A stretch of DNA of 64,000 bases from Algibacter sp. (GCF_039977455.1 NZ_JBDWDG010000022.1:452983-516982); one strand, 5' to 3'; counted from the first letter of the stretch, positions 38,393 through 49,070 are shown. The notes: generated by a model not told the origin, from the sequence alone. Program-made: numbers and translations.

Positions 38393-39934
38393 TTACATTT
38401 TCATTAACCAAGAACGAACATCTACCTCTTGCTTAATAATATTACGTAAGTCTTCAATTTTAACACGCTCTTGCGCCATAGAATCTCTATGACGTATAGT
38501 AACTGTACCATCTTCCTTAGAGTCATGATCTACAGTAATGCAAAAAGGTGTTCCGTTGGCATCTTGCCTTCTGTAACGACGTCCTACGGCATCCTTTTCA
38601 TCATAAATCACATTAAAATCCCATTTTAATTCTTCAACAATTTGTTTTGCTATTTCTGGTAAACCATCTTTTTTAACCAATGGTAAAATAGCTGCTTTTA
38701 CTGGAGCTAAAACACTCGGTAATTTTAAAACGGTTCTTTTTGTGCCATTTTCTAGTTCTTCTTCTTGTAAAGAATTTGAAAAAACGGCTAAAAACATACG
38801 GTCTAAACCTATAGATGTTTCTAAAACATACGGTGTATAGCTTGCATTATCTTCATGATCGAAATATTGTAATTTCTTCCCGGAATGCTCTTCATGTGCT
38901 TTTAAATCGAAATCGGTTCTTGAATGAATCCCTTCTAATTCTTTAAAACCAAACGGAAATTTAAATTCAATATCGGCAGCAGCATCAGCGTAATGCGCTA
39001 ATTTCTCATGGTCATGAAAACGGTAATTATCAGCCCCCAGTCCTAAAGATAAATGCCATTTCATCCTGTGTTCTTTCCAGTAATCATACCACTCTTTTTG
39101 AGTTCCTGGTTTTATAAAAAACTGCATTTCCATTTGTTCAAACTCACGCATTCTAAAAATAAATTGTCTTGCAACAATTTCATTTCTAAAGGCTTTACCT
39201 GTTTGCGCTATTCCAAACGGAATTTTTAATCGGCTTGTTTTCTGTACATTTAAAAAGTTAACAAAAATACCTTGAGCCGTTTCTGGACGCAAATATAAAT
39301 CCATAGCAGATTCGGCAGAAGCTCCTAATTTTGTTCCAAACATTAAGTTAAACTGCTTAACGTCTGTCCAGTTTTTACTTCCTGTTAAAGGATCGGCAAT
39401 TTCTAATTCTTCAATAAGCAATTTTACATCGGCTAAATCTTCCTTTTCTAAAGATTTCGCCATTCTAGAAAGAATCGTGTTTATCTTTTCTTGATAACCA
39501 ACTACACGTCCGTTAGTTGAAACAAATTCTTCTTTATTAAAGGCATCACCAAAACGTTTTTCAGCCTTTTTAACTTCCTTTTCAATTTTTGTTTCAATTT
39601 TAGCGCAATAATCTTCTATTAAAACATCTGCTCTGTAACGTTTTTTAGAATCTTTATTGTCTATTAATGGGTCATTAAACGCATCAACGTGGCCAGAAGC
39701 TTTCCATGTGGTTGGATGCATAAATATTGCAGCATCAATACCTACAATATTTTCATTCATTTGCACCATGGCTTTCCACCAGTAGTCGCGTATATTTTTC
39801 TTTAATTCTGCGCCGTTTTGTGCATAATCGTATACTGCACTTAAACCGTCGTAAATCTCACTACTTTGAAACACATATCCGTATTCCTTTGCATGCGAAA
39901 TTACCTTCTTAAATTGATCATCTTGATTTGCCAT
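38393..39934 (-). CDS. glyQS: Glycine--tRNA ligase (alpha2, eukaryote/archaeal type)
   Basis: WKASGHV, LRPETAQG, FRNEI, REFEQME, anticodon-binding domain. Confidence 0.96.
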   Translation of the reverse strand: MANQDDQFKKVISHAKEYGYVFQSSEIYDGLSAVYDYAQNGAELKKNIRDYWWKAMVQMNENIVGIDAAIFMHPTTWKASGHVDAFNDPLIDNKDSKKRYRADVLIEDYCAKIETKIEKEVKKAEKRFGDAFNKEEFVSTNGRVVGYQEKINTILSRMAKSLEKEDLADVKLLIEELEIADPLTGSKNWTDVKQFNLMFGTKLGASAESAMDLYLRPETAQGIFVNFLNVQKTSRLKIPFGIAQTGKAFRNEIVARQFIFRMREFEQMEMQFFIKPGTQKEWYDYWKEHRMKWHLSLGLGADNYRFHDHEKLAHYADAAADIEFKFPFGFKELEGIHSRTDFDLKAHEEHSGKKLQYFDHEDNASYTPYVLETSIGLDRMFLAVFSNSLQEEELENGTKRTVLKLPSVLAPVKAAILPLVKKDGLPEIAKQIVEELKWDFNVIYDEKDAVGRRYRRQDANGTPFCITVDHDSKEDGTVTIRHRDSMAQERVKIEDLRNIIKQEVDVRSWLMKM

Positions 39935-40015
39935 AGGTGCAAAAATAAAAAACCGCTTAAAACAAACGTCATTTTGTTAAAAATAATTAAGTTTACAAGA
40001 CTACATTTTTTTATT

Positions 40016-40693
40016 ATGCTTAACTCATTAGTAAATTTATTCTTTCCTAAAGTATGCTATGCATGCCATAATTTACTAGATGATAATGAAGATACCATCT
40101 GTTTAGACTGCCGACACGATTTGCCCATTACCAATTTCCATTTTGATAATAATGATAGTGTAAAAAAGGTACTTTACGGTCGTGCGCTAATTGAAAACGG
40201 CACTGCCCTGTTTCGATTTGAAAAAAAAGGCCATGTACAACGCCTTATTCATAACCTAAAGTATAAAAACCATGAGCATATAGGTTTCGTTTTAGGAAAT
40301 TGGCTTGGTGGCGAATTAAAAACCCTCGATGCCTATAAACATATTGATATGGTTATTCCTGTGCCATTACACAAAAACAAATTAAAAAAAAGAGGTTTTA
40401 ATCAAGTGGCAAAATTTGGACAACAAATAGCAGAAGCGTTAAATGCACAATATGTTGATGATGTACTTTTAAAAATAACCAACACCAAATCGCAAGTCAC
40501 AAAAAAACGCTTTGCCAGGTGGACCAACGACAACCAGCTTTTTACAATTAAAAACCCATCGAAAATTGAAAACAAGCACATTTTAATTGTTGATGATTTA
40601 ATTACTACCGGCGCCACTCTCGAAGCTTGCATTTTAGTTTTAAACGAAGCTAAAAACATAAAAATAAGTATTGCTGTTATGGCAATAGCATAA
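40016..40693 (+). CDS. ComF family phosphoribosyltransferase
   Basis: CxxC..CxxC N-terminus, VPLH, RGFNQ, VDDLITTGAT; ATG at 40016 chosen because the longer ORF overlaps glyQS. Confidence 0.9.
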   Translation: MLNSLVNLFFPKVCYACHNLLDDNEDTICLDCRHDLPITNFHFDNNDSVKKVLYGRALIENGTALFRFEKKGHVQRLIHNLKYKNHEHIGFVLGNWLGGELKTLDAYKHIDMVIPVPLHKNKLKKRGFNQVAKFGQQIAEALNAQYVDDVLLKITNTKSQVTKKRFARWTNDNQLFTIKNPSKIENKHILIVDDLITTGATLEACILVLNEAKNIKISIAVMAIA

Positions 40694-40749
40694 ATATATT
40701 ATCGTTATATTTTTTAACCGAATTCATGTACTTTTGCTAAAAATTTAAG

Positions 40750-42360
40750 TTGTTGATGAATAAGACCCTTTCAAATTTTATTTTCGCCTTAATTATTGGC
40801 TTAATTATTATAAGTTGTGCTAATCGTGGAACGCCACAAGGTGGACCAAAAGACGAAACACCTCCGAGAATTGTAAAATCTGAACCAGAAAATTATTCAA
40901 CCAATTTTAAAGGCAATGAAATCAAAGTTTATTTTGATGAGTATATTAAAATAAAGGACATTTCAAAGCAACTTATTATTTCGCCTCCTATGAATACGGC
41001 ACCAGACGTTTCTCCTTTAAGTGGCGGCAGTAAATCCATTACCATAAAAATTTACGACACCTTACAACCTAACACTACTTATGCTTTTAATTTTGGAAAT
41101 AGTATAACGGATAATAACGAAGGCAACCCTTATCCTTATTATCGTTATGTACTATCTACAGGAGACTATATTGATTCGCTTTCTGTAAAAGGTAAAATTG
41201 TTGACGCTTTAAAAAAGAAGCCTGAAACCTTTGTTAACGTTGCTCTTTACGAAGTAGACTCCTCGTTTTCAGATTCTGTTGTTTACAAATCTGCTCCTAA
41301 ATACATCACCAATACTTTAGATAGTATAACCACATTTTCTATTGATAACCTAAAACCTGGCAAGTATTTATTAATGGCTTTAAAGGATGGCAATGGCGAT
41401 AATAAATTTCAACAAAAAACAGATCAAATAGCGTTTCATAATAACTTTATTGAGGTACCTACAGATACAACCTACACCTTGCGCCTTTTTAACGAAAAAT
41501 TAGATTATAAGGCAACTAGACCGCGTTTAATTTCGGGCGAAAAAATAGCATTTGGTTTTGAAGGCGACTATGAAGGCATGCAAATAGACCTTATTTCTGA
41601 AGCGCCTTCTGATTTTGAATACCGCATTACTAAAGACCCTGTTACAGACACCTTAAATTACTGGTATAAACCTAAACTTGAAACCGACTCTTTACTTTTT
41701 AAAGTAACGAATAAAGATTACAAAAAAGATTTCACTGTTAGATTGAACAAGAAAGACAGAGACACGTTAGTTATTGGAACTTCACCTTCGGGTAATATTG
41801 CTTACAACGAAGATTTTAAAATATCGGGTACCACGCCGTTAACAAAATTTGATGTTTCGAAACTAAGAATGATGGATAAAGACTCTACAGCCGTAACCTT
41901 CACTACAGATTTTGACACCTTACAAAACGCCTATTTGTTTAAGTTTGATAAAACCGAAAACAACAATTATAAAATTGAGATACTACCTGAAGCCTTTGAA
42001 GATTTTTATGGCGATAAAAACAAGGACACCTTAAATTTAACTTTAAGAACTAAAAAAGCTTCGGATTTTGGCTATGTACGATTCACTATTGTTAATGCTA
42101 CTTACCCACTAATTATTCAATTAACAGATAAAAAAGGGGAAGTAAAAGAAGAACGCTATGCCGCTGAAAAAGGCCCAATAGATTTCTTAAATTTAACGGC
42201 AGGCATGTATTCTATACGTGTTGTACATGATGTTAATGGCAATAAAATGTTTGACACAGGTAACTACCTAAAAAAGATTCAACCAGAAAAAATAAGTCAT
42301 TTTCAAGAGATTGAAATTAGAGCGGATTGGGGAATACAAGAAACACTTACGTTTAAATAA
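40750..42360 (+). CDS. Ig-like (Big_5) domain lipoprotein
   Basis: Lipobox IISCA; PQGGPKDETPP, FDEYI, NTTYAFNFG. Confidence 0.85.
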   Translation: MLMNKTLSNFIFALIIGLIIISCANRGTPQGGPKDETPPRIVKSEPENYSTNFKGNEIKVYFDEYIKIKDISKQLIISPPMNTAPDVSPLSGGSKSITIKIYDTLQPNTTYAFNFGNSITDNNEGNPYPYYRYVLSTGDYIDSLSVKGKIVDALKKKPETFVNVALYEVDSSFSDSVVYKSAPKYITNTLDSITTFSIDNLKPGKYLLMALKDGNGDNKFQQKTDQIAFHNNFIEVPTDTTYTLRLFNEKLDYKATRPRLISGEKIAFGFEGDYEGMQIDLISEAPSDFEYRITKDPVTDTLNYWYKPKLETDSLLFKVTNKDYKKDFTVRLNKKDRDTLVIGTSPSGNIAYNEDFKISGTTPLTKFDVSKLRMMDKDSTAVTFTTDFDTLQNAYLFKFDKTENNNYKIEILPEAFEDFYGDKNKDTLNLTLRTKKASDFGYVRFTIVNATYPLIIQLTDKKGEVKEERYAAEKGPIDFLNLTAGMYSIRVVHDVNGNKMFDTGNYLKKIQPEKISHFQEIEIRADWGIQETLTFK

Positions 42361-43132
42361 TTTTAAATTGATCCTTATCGTTTAAAAACTTAAACTTGTT
42401 TCTATAAGCTTCAACATGTCTTTTTTCGAGTGTAGCTATCTTGGTTTCCTCTACATTTGGAGGAAACGCTACTAGTTGTTCTCCAAGTACATTATATACT
42501 GCCGAGTGACCAGAATACGCAGCATTTACGCCATCAACTCCAACTCTATTAACGCCAATGCAATAACACATATTTTCAATAGCTCGTGCCTTTAATAAAG
42601 TATCCCAAGCTGAAACTCTCGGTTTTGGCCAATTAGCAACATAAAGTAACACATCATAATCCTCGATATTTCTTGCCCATACGGGAAAACGTAAATCGTA
42701 ACAGATTAAAGGGCAGATTTTCCAACCTTTATAATCTACAATAACTTTTTTAGTACCTGAAGTATATATTTTTTCTTCGCCAACTAAGGTAAACGAGTGG
42801 CGTTTATCGTAATGCGTTACATGCCCTGAAGGTTCAACAAAAAGCAAACGATTATAAAACCTATTTTGGTCTGAAATAACCAAACTGCCAACAATGGCAG
42901 CATCTACTTGCAAAGCTAATTCTTTTAACCAAGTCACCGTTTTCCCATCCATAGTTTCGGCAACTGCCGAAGCATTCATAGTAAAACCAGAAGTAAACAT
43001 TTCGGGAAGTACAATAATATCGACATCCTCGGAAATATTTTTAATTTTATTTGTGAAGTTTACACGGTTTTGCTCAGGATTTTCCCAAACTAAATCGGTT
43101 TGAATTAACGCTATTTTAAGGTCTTTTTGCAT
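42353..43132 (-). CDS. Nitrilase-family amidohydrolase (YafV/omega-amidase-like)
   Basis: LPEMF, YDKRH, ICYDLRFP (Glu-Lys-Cys triad), RAIEN. Confidence 0.9.
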   Translation of the reverse strand: MQKDLKIALIQTDLVWENPEQNRVNFTNKIKNISEDVDIIVLPEMFTSGFTMNASAVAETMDGKTVTWLKELALQVDAAIVGSLVISDQNRFYNRLLFVEPSGHVTHYDKRHSFTLVGEEKIYTSGTKKVIVDYKGWKICPLICYDLRFPVWARNIEDYDVLLYVANWPKPRVSAWDTLLKARAIENMCYCIGVNRVGVDGVNAAYSGHSAVYNVLGEQLVAFPPNVEETKIATLEKRHVEAYRNKFKFLNDKDQFKII

Positions 43133-43211
43133 AGATAGTATATACTAAACCTTAAAATAACGTTTTTTAATTCTATTTTAAAACAGAAAGCGATTATTTC
43201 TATTTAGCACC

Positions 43212-43700
43212 TTATAATTTTTTCTTGGCTTTTGCTGTAGCTTCTTTATATTTTTCGATTTTTTCCAGCCATTTTTCTTCATCAACTGGCGACAATTTAC
43301 CTTTACTTTTTAACTTCTCGTATTTTGCGAAAGCGTCTTTTTGTTTTTTAGTCGCCTTGTCAAAATTAGATTGTGCTTTTTGTCTTTTCTTTAATTCCTT
43401 TTCGGCCTTTTTTTGCTTCTTTTCCGCTTGTTTTTGTTCTTTTTCAGCTTTTTCCTGGTCCTTTTCAGCCTTTTCTATACGTTTTTTAGTTTCTTCGGCA
43501 TTTTTAATTTGAGTCATTTTACTATCAAAAGCTGCTAAAACACCTGCCTTATCCTCCTCCGATAAGGTTTCAGTAACATCGACCCCAGCTTTAAAAATTT
43601 TATCTTTTTTAATTTCGTATGGCTCCCCATTAAAACTAACATCTTGGGCGTTAACAACATACCCTAACCCTAAAAACAGTACTATCAATAAATATTTCAT
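43212..43700 (-). CDS. Hypothetical exported protein with Lys/Glu-rich coiled coil
   Basis: Signal peptide AQ site; EKAEK/KQAEK heptad repeats. Confidence 0.75.
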   Translation of the reverse strand: MKYLLIVLFLGLGYVVNAQDVSFNGEPYEIKKDKIFKAGVDVTETLSEEDKAGVLAAFDSKMTQIKNAEETKKRIEKAEKDQEKAEKEQKQAEKKQKKAEKELKKRQKAQSNFDKATKKQKDAFAKYEKLKSKGKLSPVDEEKWLEKIEKYKEATAKAKKKL

Positions 43701-43898
43701 ATTTCTTTTTTTTAATATTAAATGTACTAATAAGACCCATTTCTTTGTAAAAAGTTACTTAAAATAAAGTTAATAAATTCAAGGTTTTCTATAAGACAGC
43801 ACTTATATTAAGTAACCAAGATGTAACATTTGAAAAAAACCCAACTAAAAATTGCTCTTCATAAATCGATTTCTAGCTTCATAAGAATGCCCAAATAT

Positions 43899-45671
43899 CT
43901 AAACAATCTCCATCTTTTTCAACAAAAACGACGCATTCATATTTTGACAAATACCTGTTTTTAATGTATAATCAAAATGAAGCTCATCGTTAATAATTTC
44001 GGCATCAAAATAATAGTTCTTCACATCTTCTAATTCTTGTTCGATTTCACATAAACTTAAATCGTGTGTCGCTATTATTCCTGTGGCATTTGATGCCACT
44101 AATTTTTCAACAAACTTTCTAGAACCTATGGCCTTATCTGTACTATTGGTTCCTTTTAAAATTTCGTCTAAAATTATAAAATAAGGCTCTTTTTGAATGG
44201 TATCGACAATGTATTTAAGTCGTGTTAATTCTGAAAAGAAATACGAACTATCATCGGCTAAAGAATCTGTTGTACGCATGCTTGTTATCAATTTTACAGG
44301 CGAATACTGTGTTGATTTTGCACAAACAGGTAACCCAACGTTAGCCATAACAATATGTAAGGATACGGTTCTTAAAAATGTACTTTTACCCGCCATATTT
44401 GCGCCAGTAACAATAAAAAATTGTTCATTATCTATAGTTAGATTACTATCCACGCGTTTTTCTTTATTTAGCAAGGGATGTCCTAAATCTTTGGCTTTTA
44501 TAACTGCTCCATTTTCTAAAATCTGTGGAAACACAAATTCCGGATGGTTATAAGTGTAATTTCCAAAGGAATTGTAAGCATCGAAAAACGAAACCACTTC
44601 AAACCAATCGGATACCTTATGGCCATACTGCGCTATCCATTGTTCTATTTTATAACTGTTTTTAACATCGGTTAAAAAATACCCATTTCCAAAAATGGCT
44701 CCTATCAGGTTATTTCTATTATCCAAAGCATCTAATGCCTTTGAAAATGTTTTAAAAATTTCAGAAGCTTTCTTATTGTCCGACTGAATTTGCTTCTGTT
44801 TTTGCTGTAACAATTCCGAAGTAAAAGACTCGTTTTCAATCAAATCTAACAACGCTGCATATTGACGAAAGGTATCTCTAATTTTATCGGTATTAGCAGC
44901 CAGAACATTAATCTTTTTAAGGTAACGCCCCGTAATGGCTAACCCAACAAATAACCAATAGCCTATTATGGCTTTATTTTGAATAACATTTAAAACGGTG
45001 AGCACAAACAAAACAAGCGTACCTAAACTAAACACTAAAGGCAACCAAGACATCAGTTTTGGTAAAAAGGATTTATGACTTTGTAGCCACCCAATAATCT
45101 GTTTTGCTGGTGTTTCAACTTGCACTAAACTAGAGGTTGCCGAGTAATACTGTCTCCATTTGGGTTTGTTATTTAACTCTTCAATAGCTTTTTGTCTAGC
45201 AGTAATACCATCTACATTATTAGCTTTAAGCGCATTTGCTAATTGTGCTGCTCCCTCTTTTATGGTTGTTCTATTTATAAATTGAAAAAACGAACCACGA
45301 CCAAACAAATCAATATCTAAACTATAATAATGCGAAGGATCTTGATATTGTAAACCTTTATCTCTACTAAGAAAATCGCCCTCAGCAATTTTAATTTCAT
45401 CCTCGTTAATGCTTACTAAAGCTTTATTAAAATCGCGCTGTCTTTTTATATCTGTATGCTTTGAAAGCAAATAAACAAACAAAATAACACCAAAAACCGC
45501 TATTGGCACTGCAATTTGCCATTGGTTAAAAAAGAAATACACACCAAAGCCAACACCCACAAACACCGCTAATCGATACAAGCTAAAAAGCGTCATTGTA
45601 TTAGTTAAGCGTTGCACTTGCACTTTATAAATCTGTAAATGGGTTTTATAATATTCTAATGGATTTTTCAT
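43899..45671 (-). CDS. MutS-related membrane-anchored ATPase (MutS domain V)
   Basis: TGANMAGKST, SYFFSEL, DEILKGTNS, ATHDL; N-terminal TM segments. Confidence 0.92.
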   Translation of the reverse strand: MKNPLEYYKTHLQIYKVQVQRLTNTMTLFSLYRLAVFVGVGFGVYFFFNQWQIAVPIAVFGVILFVYLLSKHTDIKRQRDFNKALVSINEDEIKIAEGDFLSRDKGLQYQDPSHYYSLDIDLFGRGSFFQFINRTTIKEGAAQLANALKANNVDGITARQKAIEELNNKPKWRQYYSATSSLVQVETPAKQIIGWLQSHKSFLPKLMSWLPLVFSLGTLVLFVLTVLNVIQNKAIIGYWLFVGLAITGRYLKKINVLAANTDKIRDTFRQYAALLDLIENESFTSELLQQKQKQIQSDNKKASEIFKTFSKALDALDNRNNLIGAIFGNGYFLTDVKNSYKIEQWIAQYGHKVSDWFEVVSFFDAYNSFGNYTYNHPEFVFPQILENGAVIKAKDLGHPLLNKEKRVDSNLTIDNEQFFIVTGANMAGKSTFLRTVSLHIVMANVGLPVCAKSTQYSPVKLITSMRTTDSLADDSSYFFSELTRLKYIVDTIQKEPYFIILDEILKGTNSTDKAIGSRKFVEKLVASNATGIIATHDLSLCEIEQELEDVKNYYFDAEIINDELHFDYTLKTGICQNMNASFLLKKMEIV

Positions 45672-45693
45672 GACCTGTTATTATGCAATAAAG

Positions 45694-45727
45694 AAACAAA
45701 AAAGCCCTGAAAATATTCAGAGCTTTT
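45694..45727 (+). repeat. 34-bp direct repeat/terminator, left copy
   Basis: AAACAAAAAAGCCCTGAAAATATTCAGAGCTTTT. Confidence 0.85.
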
Positions 45728-45800
45728 GTATCGTATTTTATTATTGATTTATTAACGCATCAATTACGTGACGAGTAACCACCCTTTAAAAGACTAATTA

Positions 45801-46622
45801 TCAATGGATAACTAACTTTTTTGTAATCGTATTTTTTGCCGAAAAAACGGTCATAAAATACACTCCTTGAGATAATAAAGCGTTCATTTTCAGATTTTGG
45901 CTTCCAATTATTCCGTTAAGTTTATATGTAATTACTTTACGGCCGTTTAAATCGACAACCACTGCTTTTTCCAAACCAATATTTGACCTGATTTCTATAT
46001 CGCCGTTGGATGGGTTAGGAAAAACACTTACATTCTTGGCAAGCATGGCATTTTCATCCACTCCTAAAGTGGGCGTCATCTGAACTGTTATATTGTGAAA
46101 GCCAAAATTATTTAAATCTTGGACCGTTGTTGGAATAATATTTATCTTGTTAATATTCAAAGCGTCACCAGGATTGGTAATAGACAAGGTTCCGGAGCCG
46201 ACTTGGTATAAAGTTGGGTTTGAAATAAAGGCACCATTTTGGTTGGTGAGCGATAGCGTCCCTGGTGATGTAAGAAGATCATAATCAATACTGATAAGAT
46301 CAAAATTAGTGGGTTGCCCATTTTTGGTAATGGTCAAAATAAACGGAGCGTTTGATGAAGCACTCCCTAAATAAAATACAAGATCACCACCACCTAAATC
46401 ATCCAATGTTTCAACATTTTGAGCATGATCGACCTTTAATACATAAGTATCAGTTCCCGAAATAATAGTTTCGGTAATATAAAAACTTATGTTGTCATCA
46501 ATGGCAGTATCAATGGTAAAGTTCACAATTTGTGCAGACATACTAAAGCCCAATAAAAGAGACAGGTTGAAAAATATGGCGCTAATTAATGTTTTTTTTG
46601 AATAAGGGTATTTTTTTTTCAT
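45801..46622 (-). CDS. Secreted protein with T9SS type-A CTD and unknown N-terminal domain
   Basis: Signal peptide; C-terminal VFPNPS, DLNGR, LSQGVYF, KKLVIH. Confidence 0.85.
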   Translation of the reverse strand: MKKKYPYSKKTLISAIFFNLSLLLGFSMSAQIVNFTIDTAIDDNISFYITETIISGTDTYVLKVDHAQNVETLDDLGGGDLVFYLGSASSNAPFILTITKNGQPTNFDLISIDYDLLTSPGTLSLTNQNGAFISNPTLYQVGSGTLSITNPGDALNINKINIIPTTVQDLNNFGFHNITVQMTPTLGVDENAMLAKNVSVFPNPSNGDIEIRSNIGLEKAVVVDLNGRKVITYKLNGIIGSQNLKMNALLSQGVYFMTVFSAKNTITKKLVIH

Positions 46623-46892
46623 AATATAAATTTTAATGAGTTAACTGTTTGAAAGACTGAATATACCAATTAATTTTGTAATAAAATTATTATACACTCT
46701 TTTAGAATTAGAAAAACAAATCATAGCCAAAAACATCCATATCTAAGCTTTAAAAATGATTGGAGGCTTGAAAAGGTAATCCTTAATCTATATCATGAAA
46801 ATCACCAGAATTGATATTTATTTTTAGCCTAATATTATAAACCAAAGTCTCTTTAAACATTTATTTTTTACTTAAACGTCATTATACTTTGA

Positions 46893-46926
46893 AAACAAAA
46901 AAGCCCTGAAAAAATTCAGAGCTTTT
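46893..46926 (+). repeat. 34-bp direct repeat/terminator, right copy
   Basis: AAACAAAAAAGCCCTGAAAAAATTCAGAGCTTTT, one mismatch to the left copy. Confidence 0.85.
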
Positions 46927-46948
46927 AATAGGTAATTTTTATATGGTT

Positions 46949-47647
46949 TTAATCGCGCCCTCCAAAAACTTGAAGTGCCCAATACATTAATGAAGCAATA
47001 GCACCAATGGCAGCCACCAAATATGTTCTAGCGGCCCATTTTAAGGCATCTTCAGAACCTTTATATTCATCTGGAGTTACTATATTTTTATTTTTTAACC
47101 ATGCTAAAGCTCTATTACTTGCATCATACTCAACAGGTAATGTTATCACACTAAATAATGTTGCAAAACTCATCATAACTAGACCAGCAATAGCAACCCA
47201 TTGGCCCATGCCACCCATAGCTTCTGTTGCCATTAAAGCAATACCACCAAACACGACCCATTGTGACATACTTGAGGTAATTTGTACCACAGGTACTAAT
47301 TTAGAACGCATAGTTAAATAACTATATGCTGTAGCGTGTTGTACCGCATGTCCGCATTCGTGAGCAGCAACAGCCGCCGCAGCAGCATTACGTTGATTAT
47401 AAACCGACTCACTTAAATTCACAGTTTTATTTATAGGGTTATAATGGTCTGTTAATTGTCCTCGTGTAGAAATCACCTCAACATCTCTAATTCCATGATC
47501 GGCCAACATTTTTTCTGCAATTTCAGCACCACTCATGCCGTTTCGCAAATGCACCTGCGAGTATTTCTTAAACTTGCTTTTTAATTGACTACTTACTAAC
47601 CAACTCACTAAAGAAATGGCACCAATTAATATATAATATCCAATCAT
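46949..47647 (-). CDS. Membrane zinc metallopeptidase (YugP-like)
   Basis: LTDHYNP, AAHECGHAVQH, LPVEYDAS, AARTY. Confidence 0.92.
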   Translation of the reverse strand: MIGYYILIGAISLVSWLVSSQLKSKFKKYSQVHLRNGMSGAEIAEKMLADHGIRDVEVISTRGQLTDHYNPINKTVNLSESVYNQRNAAAAAVAAHECGHAVQHATAYSYLTMRSKLVPVVQITSSMSQWVVFGGIALMATEAMGGMGQWVAIAGLVMMSFATLFSVITLPVEYDASNRALAWLKNKNIVTPDEYKGSEDALKWAARTYLVAAIGAIASLMYWALQVFGGRD

Positions 47648-47746
47648 TGTTTTTTAAATTTTAAATTCTAATTAAAGATAGCAAAAATAACGCCAAATTT
47701 TTGAAATGAAATAATGTCAGTCAATCAAAACATTAGTTACAAAAAC

Positions 47747-47789
47747 CAAAAACGTCTAAACCCTAGTTAATAAGAATTTAGACGTTTTT
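47747..47789 (-). terminator. Probable terminator after ald
   Basis: AAAAACGTCTAAA...TTTAGACGTTTTT inverted repeat. Confidence 0.65.
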
Positions 47790-47808
47790 AAATATAATTT
47801 ATTATTCC

Positions 47809-48903
47809 TTAAGCCATTTCTAAATCAAAAGCTTCGGCAATCTCTTTGTATACAATCTCACCTTTTACAATGTTTAATCCTTTAGCTAAAGCAGTATTAT
47901 TATCGCATGCTTTTTTCCAACCATCATTGGCTAATTTAACGACATAAGGTAATGTTACGTTAGTTAATCCCATTGTAGATGTGTAAGGTACAGCACCTGG
48001 CATATTTGCAACACTATAATGCACAACCTCATCAATAATATAAGTAGGATCTTGGTGTGTAGTCGGTTTTGTAGTTTCAAAACAACCGCCTTGATCTACA
48101 GCTACATCCACCATAACGGTCCCTGGACGCATCTCTTTAAGCATATCTCTGGTAATTAATTTTGGTGCTTTTGCCCCTTTAATTAATACGCCTCCAATAA
48201 TTAAATCGGAATCTACAATATGCTTTCTAATATTATATTCACTAGAAAATTCACTTATTACATTATTTGGCATCACATCACTAACATGACGTAAAGCTTT
48301 CATATTAATATCTAAAACATGAACACTAGCACCCAATCCAGATGCCATACGTGCCGCTTGTAAACCTACCACACCAGCACCTAAAACCAATACTTTTGCA
48401 GGAGGTACACCTGGAATTCCACCTAATAGAATACCGCGACCCATAATAGGTTTTTCAAGATATTTAGCCCCTTGTTGCACAGACATTCTACCTGCAACCT
48501 CAGACATTGGAATTAATAATGGTAACGACCCATCTGCATCTTCAACCGTTTCGTAAGCGATACAAATAGCCTTACTATCAATCATCGCATTGGTTAACAC
48601 TTCACTAGAAGCAAAATGGAAATAAGTAAATACAATCTGATCTTCCTTAATTAACTTGTATTCTGGCTCAATAGGTTCTTTAACCTTTACAATCATTTCG
48701 GCAATACCATAAACCTCCTCAATAGTATCAAGAATTGTAGCTCCGGCGCCAATATAATCTTCATCTAAAAAACCACTATTAAACCCTGCGTTTTTTTGTA
48801 TATAAACAGAATGATTTCGTTTAGTAAGTTCAAAAACACCTGAAGGTGTCATACCTACTCTATTTTCATTATTTTTAATTTCTATAGGAACTCCAATTTT
48901 CAT
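47809..48903 (-). CDS. ald: Alanine dehydrogenase
   Basis: EIKNNENRV, KVKEP, PMSEVAGR, GAGVVG, DQGGC, VANMPGAVP. Confidence 0.96.
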   Translation of the reverse strand: MKIGVPIEIKNNENRVGMTPSGVFELTKRNHSVYIQKNAGFNSGFLDEDYIGAGATILDTIEEVYGIAEMIVKVKEPIEPEYKLIKEDQIVFTYFHFASSEVLTNAMIDSKAICIAYETVEDADGSLPLLIPMSEVAGRMSVQQGAKYLEKPIMGRGILLGGIPGVPPAKVLVLGAGVVGLQAARMASGLGASVHVLDINMKALRHVSDVMPNNVISEFSSEYNIRKHIVDSDLIIGGVLIKGAKAPKLITRDMLKEMRPGTVMVDVAVDQGGCFETTKPTTHQDPTYIIDEVVHYSVANMPGAVPYTSTMGLTNVTLPYVVKLANDGWKKACDNNTALAKGLNIVKGEIVYKEIAEAFDLEMA

Positions 48904-49070
48904 AAATAGGTTATTTAAAGTGTAAAACTAGAGCAAAACTAAAACAATAATTTTAAATATTATCTGTAAAATACGCTTTTCACTAAATTATTTCCATGCA
49001 AAAACAGAAAAACATAATTTTTACATAATTTACATCAATTTAGTAGGAATTACATTTACCAGTAACCGCC

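Noticed and set aside
46740-46830. Possible response-regulator pseudogene remnant (minus frame DYLFKP)
   Set aside because: It is only a 6-aa resemblance flanked by stops, which is expected by chance.
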